A DNA stretch of 61,520 bases, the filler included. It is 6 parts of 6 records of this genome, joined end to end, with 100 filler letters (N's around TTAATTAATTAA, not from the genome) between each part and the next. Parts side by side here need not be neighbours in the genome. Positions count along the whole stretch, not along the records: positions 1 to 19,935 come from DRR723986_11080; 5 more parts are not named here. One strand, written 5' to 3'. How positions within the stretch are numbered: the first letter of the stretch is position 1; every line of letters starts with the position of its first letter. A model generated the notes under the pieces. The model made no database searches. It was not told the DNA's origin and saw only the letters and a program-made list of their open reading frames with translations. The position numbers and the translations under genes are program-made. This document shows, piece after piece, positions 1 to 8,425 of this stretch.

Positions 1-150
1 GTACATGGTGATTTCGAAACCGAAACGCATATCTACGAATTGTGGGGTGGTCCAGCTCATGTCTATTTCTCCAATGTTGTGATGACAAACAGCAGGTGGT
101 CCTGCCATGAAATAAGTGTACTGAAAGCCGCTCAGGAATTTTGCCCGACT

Positions 151-807
151 TCACTGGGTGATTGAAGGGCTGGTCAGCCCCCACCCGATCGCAAGCTTGG
201 TGAGTTCAATGTCATTGCTCACCTGCAGCTTCTTTTTGATTTGATAGTGAATGTTGTGAATGGTTTTTGCACTTAAAAAAAGTAGCTCGCCAATTTGCTC
301 GGCTGACTGACCGGCCACGAGCAAACACAACACCTCGAACTCGCGGCTGCTCAGCTCATCAAGCCCTCCCCGATTGTCGCGCAATCGCGAGAGCGCCATC
401 AACCGGGTCAAATCAGCACTCATGAAAGTGCGTCCCGACAGGACCTCACCAATGGCGCGCAAAAGCACTTCCGGTCGGCTACTTTTGGTGACATATCCCT
501 TGGCACCGGCTTCCATACATGCACGCGCAAGTTCGATTGAATTGTGCATGGTGAACATTAAAAACTTGACCTCCGGCCAACGCCCCAACACCCGCTGAAC
601 CAGATTCAAACCCACCGGCTCGGGCATGCTGATGTCGCAAATCACCAGCGCGGGCAAATCTTTCTGGCAAGCGGCATAGGCTTCCTGCGCGCTCTCAGCC
701 TCACGCACCTGCTTGAAACCACCCTGTGTTTCCAACAAATGCCGATATCCGGCGCGCACCACAGCATGGTCATCCACCAGCAAAATATTCAGGTCAGCGT
801 TGTTCAT
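151..807 (-). CDS. NarL/LuxR-family DNA-binding response regulator
   Basis: Receiver motifs LLVDDH, ICDISMP, GYVTKS; C-terminal LuxR HTH LSSREFEVL...LFLSAKTIHN; ATGA overlap with the upstream kinase. Confidence 0.93.
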   Translation of the reverse strand: MNNADLNILLVDDHAVVRAGYRHLLETQGGFKQVREAESAQEAYAACQKDLPALVICDISMPEPVGLNLVQRVLGRWPEVKFLMFTMHNSIELARACMEAGAKGYVTKSSRPEVLLRAIGEVLSGRTFMSADLTRLMALSRLRDNRGGLDELSSREFEVLCLLVAGQSAEQIGELLFLSAKTIHNIHYQIKKKLQVSNDIELTKLAIGWGLTSPSITQ

Positions 808-2147
808 GCGGCACCTTTTTCTTGAAAACTCGCAGACACCACAAATTTGTTTTCCTGAAGCTGGGCTTTGAATACACCACCATGAACCCGTACCCTTTCA
901 GCCAATAAATTCAAGCCCATCCCACCAGATGGCACCTGTGTCCCCGCTGGCTGCGGCAAGTCATTCTCAACACGCAATTCAAGCACTCCGGCCTGCAGTG
1001 CCAGGCCAACATTCACAGGCTCGCCCGGGGCTGCATGCCGCCGCACATTGGCCAAACACTCCTCGACAGTTCTGTAAACGCACAATGCGCGGTCCTGGTC
1101 CAGACGATTAAGGGCAGCCGCGTCAAGATTCAGGTTCACTGTCCATCCACTGCCCGAATTGATTTCCCATCGGGTGCACAGGTCCTGAATGGCCATGCCA
1201 AGATCAGCCCCCTCCAGGACAGGCGGGCACTTGTTCACCAGCACCGCCCTCATGCGCTCGAATGCCCCCTCGATTTGCAGTTCGATTTCTTCGAGTTTGT
1301 CCTGAACCTCAGCATCTCCCCCCTTCAGTTGAGCGCGCAGTTGGGCACAATTCACTGCAATCAGGCTCAGGGACTGCCCCAAATCCGCATGCACCAAATG
1401 GGCCAACTCCCGCCGCTCATCTTCTTGCACGTTGAGCAGCTTCATCATCAGCTTTCGGCGGGTTTGAGTCAGGCTCCACAGACGATCGTTCAGTCGGTTC
1501 ACGCCCTGCGCAATGCGGCCAAACTCTTTGGGCTGCACATCGGGAAGTTGTGCAGGTGGAGGACTGTCCTCGGAAATGGCAATCGAGTCGATTTTTTCTA
1601 CCAAGGTTGTCGCTGGCCGCAAGGCGCGACCAATAACCACATAGGTTAAGGCGGCAAGGCTGGCCACGATCAGGGTACTTAACAACAACAAGTCTCGCAG
1701 CGTGTTCCAGAATTTGACCAACACCAGTTGGGGGTCTGCGGTGATGAACAGCTCGCCAAACGGTTGGCCCCACAAACCAACCGGTCGGGGCTCCGATTCA
1801 ATCTGTACGCCGAGTACTCGCATCAACTGGGCTTCAAGCGGGTGGCGTACCAGGTTGTCACAACCCTCTTGTCGCACCTGCCCGTTCCAGCCCTCGTAAC
1901 GTATGCAATAAGGCGCCAGCAACAAACCATACTGACTGCCCACCAACACAGGCGAGCCCTCGATTTCGGGATTTATTTGACGCTTGTACATGGAGTACTC
2001 CACCATCTCGTGCAAGCGAGTAGCGTCGCTGGCCAGGGCATCGTCAACCTCATTGGCTGTTCGCAACACCACGTAGGCAGAAATCAACACCCAGCACAAC
2101 AGGCCCAGGGTGATCATTCGCACCAGCAAATAGCGTTTCAGGTTCAT
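804..2147 (-). CDS. Membrane sensor histidine kinase (HisKA_3/NarX-UhpB type, HAMP)
   Basis: Two TM segments, HAMP-like region, QEDERRELAHLVHADLGQ H-box, EECLANVRRHA N-box, GMGL G-box. Confidence 0.9.
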   Translation of the reverse strand: MNLKRYLLVRMITLGLLCWVLISAYVVLRTANEVDDALASDATRLHEMVEYSMYKRQINPEIEGSPVLVGSQYGLLLAPYCIRYEGWNGQVRQEGCDNLVRHPLEAQLMRVLGVQIESEPRPVGLWGQPFGELFITADPQLVLVKFWNTLRDLLLLSTLIVASLAALTYVVIGRALRPATTLVEKIDSIAISEDSPPPAQLPDVQPKEFGRIAQGVNRLNDRLWSLTQTRRKLMMKLLNVQEDERRELAHLVHADLGQSLSLIAVNCAQLRAQLKGGDAEVQDKLEEIELQIEGAFERMRAVLVNKCPPVLEGADLGMAIQDLCTRWEINSGSGWTVNLNLDAAALNRLDQDRALCVYRTVEECLANVRRHAAPGEPVNVGLALQAGVLELRVENDLPQPAGTQVPSGGMGLNLLAERVRVHGGVFKAQLQENKFVVSASFQEKGAA

Positions 2148-2156
2148 TCAAACAGT

Positions 2157-2831
2157 TTAATCGGCGTTGGGCTGCAAGTGGGCCAGTGCAGCCTCCCCGT
2201 GCAGGCGGGCCGCCAGCTTTCTTGCAACCGAATAATTGCTCACTGCCTCGCCGCGGTTCTGAACACCCAGTCGCCCAAAGGCCTCCTTGATGTGTGCATT
2301 CACCGTGTCGGGACTCATGCCCAATATCTTTGCAATTTCCTTGCCTGTTCTACCCAGGGACACCTGTTCCATCACCTGCGCCTGTTTGATGGTCAAAGGC
2401 TTTGGACTGCCGGGCATCTGAATCAGGCTTTGAAACTCGTTCCGTTGAGAAATTGAATTCAGGTTGACGGAATCGCGTTTCAGAAAACTTTGGACCTGCA
2501 CCATCAATTCCTTGTAATGCTGACTTTTGGACAACAGCAAGGCACCCGAGTTGGCCACCTGCCGTTCTATTTTGGAATCGCCCAAGGCAGTAAAGAAAAT
2601 ACGCAGTGACCTGGAAAAACGCTCAGACACCAATTCAATGACTTCAGCCGGCTTGCTGTTGGGCAAGACCAGATCAGAAACCACCAAATCCACGTCAGCA
2701 GGCTCAATTTCCTGTAGCTGTTCAACAGAATCAACCACCCTTGTATTCAAGCCCGGTACAACAGCAGCAATAATTTCCTCGACGACCATGGCCGAAGTCG
2801 GATGGTCTTCCAGTATCAATAAGTTCTTCAA
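2157..2831 (-). CDS. LuxR-family response regulator
   Basis: ILEDH and VSDLVLP receiver motifs; LTIKQAQVMEQVSLGRTGKEIAKILGMSPDTV HTH; TTG start. Confidence 0.85.
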   Translation of the reverse strand: MKNLLILEDHPTSAMVVEEIIAAVVPGLNTRVVDSVEQLQEIEPADVDLVVSDLVLPNSKPAEVIELVSERFSRSLRIFFTALGDSKIERQVANSGALLLSKSQHYKELMVQVQSFLKRDSVNLNSISQRNEFQSLIQMPGSPKPLTIKQAQVMEQVSLGRTGKEIAKILGMSPDTVNAHIKEAFGRLGVQNRGEAVSNYSVARKLAARLHGEAALAHLQPNAD

Positions 2832-3031
2832 ACCCTTGTCCCCAAAGTGTGGTTGTAGCGTGGCGGCTTTTGATTATTTTTTTGTGAATTATTCGTGCGA
2901 TTATCAATTGAAATGTTTAGTTATGTAAAGAATGCAAACCGGCTTACAAACCTGTCAGCACTTTTCAAAGCGCCGCGTTTCAAGTGGGTGGGCGCAATTC
3001 TCGAGGCGGCCTAATTGACAGGGGAAGTAAA

Positions 3032-3328
3032 ATGTCACACACAGACGATGAGAAAGTAAAAGCAAGACGGGCAGCGTTGGCCAAGGTAGGGCTGGCTGTA
3101 GGGGCTTTGTATGCCGCGCCTGCCATGGTGGGTTTGGCCACTGCGCACGCAGGCAGTCGCTCCAGGCCCAGCCGAAAATCCCGGCCATCCCGATATGACC
3201 GTTACCACACTCAATATGGGCGGGGCTACCGTTCCTCCCGGCCATCGCGCCCAAGCCGATATTCGAGATACTCCCGATACTCGCGGTATTCGCGGGTGAG
3301 CCGCCCCTGGTTCTATATCCGCTTCTAA
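3032..3328 (+). CDS. 98-aa Tat-like/YxxP-leader peptide with Ser-Arg repeat core (putative RiPP precursor)
   Basis: AGGGGAAG RBS before ATG 3032; RR + hydrophobic stretch containing YAAP + AHA site; core with 13 SR dipeptides encoded by varied synonymous codons; 3 bp gap to the next gene. Confidence 0.8.
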   Translation: MSHTDDEKVKARRAALAKVGLAVGALYAAPAMVGLATAHAGSRSRPSRKSRPSRYDRYHTQYGRGYRSSRPSRPSRYSRYSRYSRYSRVSRPWFYIRF

Positions 3329-3331
3329 GCG

Positions 3332-4597
3332 GTGAATGCTGTGACCAAACAAAGCCATGCCTGCCTTCTGATCAGGTTCAAAGGCGTGGCAGGCTACGTG
3401 ATCCTGCCTGACGAGCCGGCCTTGCTCGATGGCATCGCACAGCTTGCGCCCAGCTGGAAATACACTTCCGCAGCCATTGAAGACGATGGCAGCCTGCAAC
3501 GCTGCATCACCAGGGTAGCCAAAAATCAAAACAATCCCTCTACATTTGATGTCGAATCCGTTTACGTCGAAGAGCCGCTCATTGGTTTACCCACAGCCAG
3601 TGCACTGTGTGCCGTGATGGCCGATGTACTTGAGGCACATATTGAGGAAAGCCAAAACCCGATCGCATTGCATGCGGGCGCGGTCGCCATTGGCAACCGG
3701 CTTATCGCAATTACCGGACCGAGACGGGCGGGTAAAAGCACGCTGATTGCAAGACTTTGCGCGGAGCCAGACTTGCAAATTTTCTGCGACGATGTATTGC
3801 CGATCAGCCCACTTGGAGAAGGGGTGGCCTTGGGCGTGGCACCACGTTTGCGCCTCCCCCTGCCGGCAAAGGCAAGCCAACACTTCAAACAATTTGCACG
3901 ACAACACCTGGGGCCACACGACAACCGCTACGGCTACCTGTGCACTACAAACCTGGCTGGTAACGGAACGCGCCGGCCGCTTGGTGCAATCGTGGTGCTC
4001 GACCGGCAAATCGACACCGCGGCCTGCCTGCACACCATGAACGAGGACGATGCCTTGTTCTATGCGCTTGAACAGAACATGGGGCAGTTCGATACGCCTG
4101 CCGAAGCCTTGGCAACAACACAGGCAGTTTTGGGCAAAGTCACTTGTGTTCGACTGGTGTACAGCAACCTGGAAGAAGCCGTACAGCTGCTTCGGAAGGC
4201 GTTTGGTGGTGACGAAGCCATTCATCCTGACGTTCTGGTGAAGCCCGCCCAAGGCTGGACACCGCCAACACCACACGCCCACAGGCCTGTGAACCCTCAG
4301 CAAGTGTTCAAGCGAGCGCCTACCGCAGCCTTGCGCCGTATCGGACAATCTGCCTTTTTGTGGCAAGCCGGAGAACACACCATTTGGCGATTGAACAGGG
4401 TGGGACAAGCTGTGTGGGCGCTGCTCGAAATACCTGGCAATGCCAGGGAGCTGGTCGAAGCGTTGGCCGAGGTATTTGTGCAAGTGCCTCAAGAACAACT
4501 CCAGCATGATGTTGCTGCTTTACTGGGTATTTTGAATGCAGAGGGGTTTGTAGTGGAACTTTCGGACCAATTAGCACTCTTAAACGAAGAGTGCTAA
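3332..4597 (+). CDS. HPr-kinase-like P-loop kinase fused to C-terminal PqqD/RRE domain
   Basis: LHAGAV, Walker A GPRRAGKST, IFCDD acidic motif; C-terminal ~85 aa (IWRLNRVGQAVWALL...LVEALAEVF...LQHDVAALLGILNAEGFV) has the PqqD pattern. Confidence 0.85.
   Translation: MNAVTKQSHACLLIRFKGVAGYVILPDEPALLDGIAQLAPSWKYTSAAIEDDGSLQRCITRVAKNQNNPSTFDVESVYVEEPLIGLPTASALCAVMADVLEAHIEESQNPIALHAGAVAIGNRLIAITGPRRAGKSTLIARLCAEPDLQIFCDDVLPISPLGEGVALGVAPRLRLPLPAKASQHFKQFARQHLGPHDNRYGYLCTTNLAGNGTRRPLGAIVVLDRQIDTAACLHTMNEDDALFYALEQNMGQFDTPAEALATTQAVLGKVTCVRLVYSNLEEAVQLLRKAFGGDEAIHPDVLVKPAQGWTPPTPHAHRPVNPQQVFKRAPTAALRRIGQSAFLWQAGEHTIWRLNRVGQAVWALLEIPGNARELVEALAEVFVQVPQEQLQHDVAALLGILNAEGFVVELSDQLALLNEEC
4556..4582 (+). 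promoter_or_regulatory. Putative sigma-E promoter of rpoH
   Basis: GAACTT-N16-TCTTA about 60 bp upstream of the rpoH ATG. Confidence 0.5.
4571..4597. promoter_or_regulatory. CIRCE element (HrcA operator) upstream of rpoH
   Basis: Exact TTAGCACTC-N9-GAGTGCTAA. Confidence 0.95.
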
Positions 4598-4641
4598 AAT
4601 TAACTGGAAATTGGTTCATTTATTCGGAGAACACCGCAATC

Positions 4642-5568
4642 ATGACCACTGCATTGACCCTTGCTAACACCCGCGCCGCTGGCAGCAGCCTCGCTGTGCG
4701 CGACCCATGGGCACTGGTGGCCCGTGGCCCGCTTGGCAACCTAGATGCCTACATTTCAGCCACACACCAAATTCCCATGTTGTCGCCTGAAGAAGAAGTT
4801 GAGCTTGGCGAACGCCTGCAACGCGACAACGATCTCGAAGCAGCCCGCCGCCTGGTGCTCAGCCACCTGCGACTGGTGGTTGCCGTTGCACGGCAGTATT
4901 TGGGCTATGGCTTGCCCCACGCCGATCTCATTCAGGAAGGCAATATTGGCCTGATGAAAGCCGTGAAGCGATTCGACCCCACGCGTGGCGTGCGGCTGGT
5001 CAGCTTTGCGCTGCATTGGATCAAGGCTGAAATCCACGAGTACATCATTCGCAACTGGCGCATGGTGAAAATGATCACCACCAAGGCGCACCGCAAGCTG
5101 TTTTTCAACTTGAACAGCTTCAAGAAGTACGGTCAGACCCTGACGCCAGATCAAATCAACGAAGTGGCCAGTGAATTGAATGTGCGTCCCGAGGATGTGT
5201 ACGACATGGAGCGCCGCATGGCGGGCCATGAATTCAGCCTGGACCCGGTAGTCGATGTAGACAGCGAAGAAAACAGCTACAACCCCGTACGCTATTTGGC
5301 CGCTGAAGGCGCCGAGCCCACCGAGGTGCTTGAAGGTGTCAACATGGAGCGCCTGCACAGCGAAGGCCTGGACATGGCCTTGGCCAGCCTGGACGAGCGC
5401 AGCCAGCGCATTATTTCCAGCCGCTGGTTGGCCGGTGACAACGCCAAAACCCTGCACGACCTGGCTGCAGAGCTGGGTGTGTCGGCTGAGCGGGTTCGTC
5501 AAATTGAAACCCAAGCCATGAAAAAGATGAAAACCGCTTTGCTGAAATACGAACACGGTGAAGCTTAA
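4642..5568 (+). CDS. rpoH: RNA polymerase sigma-32 factor
   Basis: ADLIQEGNIGLMKAVKRFDP, RNWRMVK, RpoH-box-like RKLFFNL, region 4 GVSAERVRQIE; GGAG RBS upstream of ATG 4642. Confidence 0.96.
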   Translation: MTTALTLANTRAAGSSLAVRDPWALVARGPLGNLDAYISATHQIPMLSPEEEVELGERLQRDNDLEAARRLVLSHLRLVVAVARQYLGYGLPHADLIQEGNIGLMKAVKRFDPTRGVRLVSFALHWIKAEIHEYIIRNWRMVKMITTKAHRKLFFNLNSFKKYGQTLTPDQINEVASELNVRPEDVYDMERRMAGHEFSLDPVVDVDSEENSYNPVRYLAAEGAEPTEVLEGVNMERLHSEGLDMALASLDERSQRIISSRWLAGDNAKTLHDLAAELGVSAERVRQIETQAMKKMKTALLKYEHGEA

Positions 5569-5643
5569 AATCCAGGCTGTAATCTTTTTGGGTGAAAACT
5601 AACCTACACTAAGGGCTTGGCAACAAGCCCTTTTTTTACGACC

Positions 5644-6321
5644 ATGATTGAAGTACATCACCTGGAACACTCACGCTCGCAGCGCATTATCTGGCTGCTT
5701 GAAGAACTTGGCCTGCCATACAAAGTAAAGCGCTACGCCCGCGACGCCAAAACCTACCTGGCCCCACCGGAGTTGCTGAAAATTCACCCTTTGGGAAAAT
5801 CGCCCGTGATTACGGATGGCGACATTACAGTGGCTGAGAGTGGTGCCATTGTGGAATACCTGATCGACAAGGCTGGCGGTAAGTTTCGCCCAGCCGCCGG
5901 TACCCAGGCTCACCGTGACTACACCTACTGGATGCACTTTGCCGAGGGCACAGCCATGCCCCCACTGGTCATGACTTTGGTGTTCAATAAAATTGAAAAT
6001 GCCCCTGTACCCGCTTTGCTCAAGCCAATTGTGCTGCCAATTGCACGCGGTATTTCCAAGCAGGTGAAAAGCAGTTTCATCAACCCCAACCTTGAAAAGC
6101 AGTTCGCTTACATTGAAAGCGTGCTGGCCAAGAATGAGTGGTTTTGCGGCAGCGAAATGACCGGGGCTGATTTCATGATGAGCTTTCCGCTTGAAGCAGC
6201 CATGAGCCGGGCAGAAAGCGTCAGCAGCATGCCTAAAATTGCAGCTTACGTCAAACGCATTCACGCCATGCCCAGCTTCAAAAAAGCGCTGGAAGTGGGC
6301 GGCCCGTACAATTACGCTTAA
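5644..6321 (+). CDS. Glutathione S-transferase (GTT1-like)
   Basis: HHLEHSRSQRIIWLLEEL, IHPLGKSPVI, AESGAIVEYL. Confidence 0.93.
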   Translation: MIEVHHLEHSRSQRIIWLLEELGLPYKVKRYARDAKTYLAPPELLKIHPLGKSPVITDGDITVAESGAIVEYLIDKAGGKFRPAAGTQAHRDYTYWMHFAEGTAMPPLVMTLVFNKIENAPVPALLKPIVLPIARGISKQVKSSFINPNLEKQFAYIESVLAKNEWFCGSEMTGADFMMSFPLEAAMSRAESVSSMPKIAAYVKRIHAMPSFKKALEVGGPYNYA

Positions 6322-6336
6322 ATTCGCTGAACACGC

Positions 6337-7059
6337 ATGAACGCAGCAAGTACGTCTATAGAACAACAGGCAAAAATCACCCAGGTCAACGGCAATGTGC
6401 AGTTGATTCGGGATGGCTTTTTCCTGCCTGCACAGGCGGGCATGGTTCTATTGCCGGGTGACCGCGTTCTCAGCGATGCGGGCACAAAGGCAGTCATTGA
6501 GTTCACTGGCGTGAAGGATGCGCTGATCATCGAGAATGGTGCAGCGGCCACCTTCAACCTTGAAGTGGTTGATATGGACCAGGTGCCCCAGTGGATCGCC
6601 ACAGACCTGTATGGCGAAGGCGTGTACTTTGACGGTCAGCAAACCACCGGCAAAACTGCAAGTACCACTGAAGACGCCCCGGACCTGTTTGGCCTGTTTG
6701 GTACCCAGAGTAGCAGCGGTGAATCAACCGGTTTTCCGGTGCTGGAAAGCGTGGTGTTTTTGGGTGCTACCGCAGCCATATACAGCGACAACGAGGACAA
6801 CGCCAGCACCACTGAAACCACTGGCACGAGTGAATCAGGCAATAACGATTCAGGCACAGGTGGTGGCAACAACAATCCGCCACCAGCACCCCCACCAGAA
6901 ACCGAAGAGCCGGCACCGGGACCACTGGATGCCGTTCTAGGCCCAGTGACCGATGCATTGGACGGTTTACTCTCCACCCTGGGCGCGCCATCCCCCGTGG
7001 GTAGCCTGCCCATACCTTTGCAAGCCAGCAGCAACACGGCCAACCTGCCCACTGAATAA
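6337..7059 (+). CDS. Hypothetical protein with N-terminal FecR/retention-module-like beta domain and low-complexity tail
   Basis: AKITQVNGNVQLIR...AGMVLLPGDRVLS; hydrophobic patch, then T/G/N/P-rich tail. Confidence 0.65.
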   Translation: MNAASTSIEQQAKITQVNGNVQLIRDGFFLPAQAGMVLLPGDRVLSDAGTKAVIEFTGVKDALIIENGAAATFNLEVVDMDQVPQWIATDLYGEGVYFDGQQTTGKTASTTEDAPDLFGLFGTQSSSGESTGFPVLESVVFLGATAAIYSDNEDNASTTETTGTSESGNNDSGTGGGNNNPPPAPPPETEEPAPGPLDAVLGPVTDALDGLLSTLGAPSPVGSLPIPLQASSNTANLPTE

Positions 7060-7181
7060 TCGCGAGTATCTTGGGTCTGCACAACGGAGTTTGAGTCGTG
7101 CATAAAACTATGCAAGGCGCGAATACGCTTATTCACTGAATAAGATGTGGGTTGAACGCGGCGGCAAAGGATCTATTTTTT

Positions 7182-7817
7182 ATGAGCGACAACACACACT
7201 TCGGAATCGATTTTTCCGAGGCGAAAACAATTGTCAGCGCCAACAAACCCAAAGCATTCCCGAGCAAGTCCAAGTTTGATTTAACCAACCTTTACGCCTT
7301 TACAGCACCAGATGGCGTACCACGTGCCAGTGGGCCTTGTGCGCTGGGTACCATTCTTCATCACCATGACATTGGCTGGAGCCACTTGCCCAAAGACAGA
7401 CACGGGCATCCGTTGAACGATCCCTATATTCAGGAAATCATGCGCTGGGCCGAGTGCCCCGACTTGCTGATTGGGTGCATGGGCACCACGCCAGCCGCTT
7501 TGCTGAGGGGCTTAAGAAAAGCAGAACTGCTTGCCGATTGGTATGCAGGCAACACGCCACAAGCCACACTGAACCTTATTGGCAACGAACTTTTTGAAGG
7601 CAGACCTGTGATTGCATTAATCAATCACGGCCCGGAAGGTGAACCGCTGTTGGTGGAATGGGAGGTGGTGTTCAACATTGATTGCGACACGGTGCACTCG
7701 AAACAGGCAAACACGGCGCAGCAGGACAAAAAACGCACCTTGGCCGAATTCATGGCACAAATGGCCATGAACTTGCCGCAACTTAGTTACAGTGTAATCA
7801 CAGCCAGAAAAGAGTAA
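7182..7817 (+). CDS. Hypothetical protein, possibly degenerate C39-like fold
   Basis: Long ORF filling the gap between genes; SGPCALGTIL and GRPVIALI segments. Confidence 0.6.
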   Translation: MSDNTHFGIDFSEAKTIVSANKPKAFPSKSKFDLTNLYAFTAPDGVPRASGPCALGTILHHHDIGWSHLPKDRHGHPLNDPYIQEIMRWAECPDLLIGCMGTTPAALLRGLRKAELLADWYAGNTPQATLNLIGNELFEGRPVIALINHGPEGEPLLVEWEVVFNIDCDTVHSKQANTAQQDKKRTLAEFMAQMAMNLPQLSYSVITARKE

Positions 7818-8420
7818 TTACTTGCCGTCGAGAATTTGCTCGACATCGCTGACCACGGGTGCAGAGTCTGCGTTGTGGCGAACCAGCAAGCGGGCACGAC
7901 CCTGTTGATCGAACACATAGCTTGCAGAGGTATGGTCCATCAGGTAGTTGTCGGGCGAGCTGCCTTCCACCTTGCCGGCGTACACCCGCAAGCCAGCCAA
8001 CAGGGGCTTCAATTCTTCGGAAGATTCCGCGGTAAGTGCATCAAAGGTAGGGTTGAACTGGGGCACATACTTTTTCAGCAACTCGGGCGTGTCGCGCTCT
8101 GGGTCAACTGACACAAACAGCACCTGCAAGTTGTCGCCCTTCTCGCCCAGCTTGGTTTTCACCTCGTTCCACTGTTGCATGGTGATGGGGCAGACATCCG
8201 GGCAATGGGTGTAGCCGAAGAACATGGCCACCACCTTTCCTTGGTAGCTTTCCATGGTGCGCTCTGTGCCCGACAAGTCTTTCAACTTGAAATTGGCCAC
8301 CAGTGAAGATCCGGTGATGTCCGTGTTGGTAAAACTGGCCGGGCCTGCGTTACACGCGGCCAGCAAGGCCACTGCGCCCACCAAAAACCATGTTCTTACT
8401 TGCTTCAATACACTGCGCAT
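7818..8420 (-). CDS. SCO1/SenC copper chaperone lipoprotein
   Basis: LLAAC lipobox, FGYTHCPDVCP, VSVDPERDT, YLMDHT; start re-called at ATG 8420. Confidence 0.93.
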   Translation of the reverse strand: MRSVLKQVRTWFLVGAVALLAACNAGPASFTNTDITGSSLVANFKLKDLSGTERTMESYQGKVVAMFFGYTHCPDVCPITMQQWNEVKTKLGEKGDNLQVLFVSVDPERDTPELLKKYVPQFNPTFDALTAESSEELKPLLAGLRVYAGKVEGSSPDNYLMDHTSASYVFDQQGRARLLVRHNADSAPVVSDVEQILDGK

Positions 8421-8425
8421 ACTGC

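Noticed and set aside
1-165. Open frame on + strand at the window start
   Set aside because: Only 54 codons, no recognisable motif, truncated; cannot be supported
2924-2948. TGTAA-N15-TTACA inverted repeat as regulator site
   Set aside because: Arms are too short to be significant in AT-rich DNA
3230-3305. 9-bp periodic DNA as VNTR or CRISPR
   Set aside because: Units differ at synonymous positions and there are no spacers; the periodicity comes from the encoded xSR repeat
3332-4597. PQQ biosynthesis or lasso peptide cluster
   Set aside because: No pqqA/B/C/E, lasso cyclase or transglutaminase-like protease nearby; the peptide core lacks the ExxxY motif and a suitably placed lasso ring acceptor
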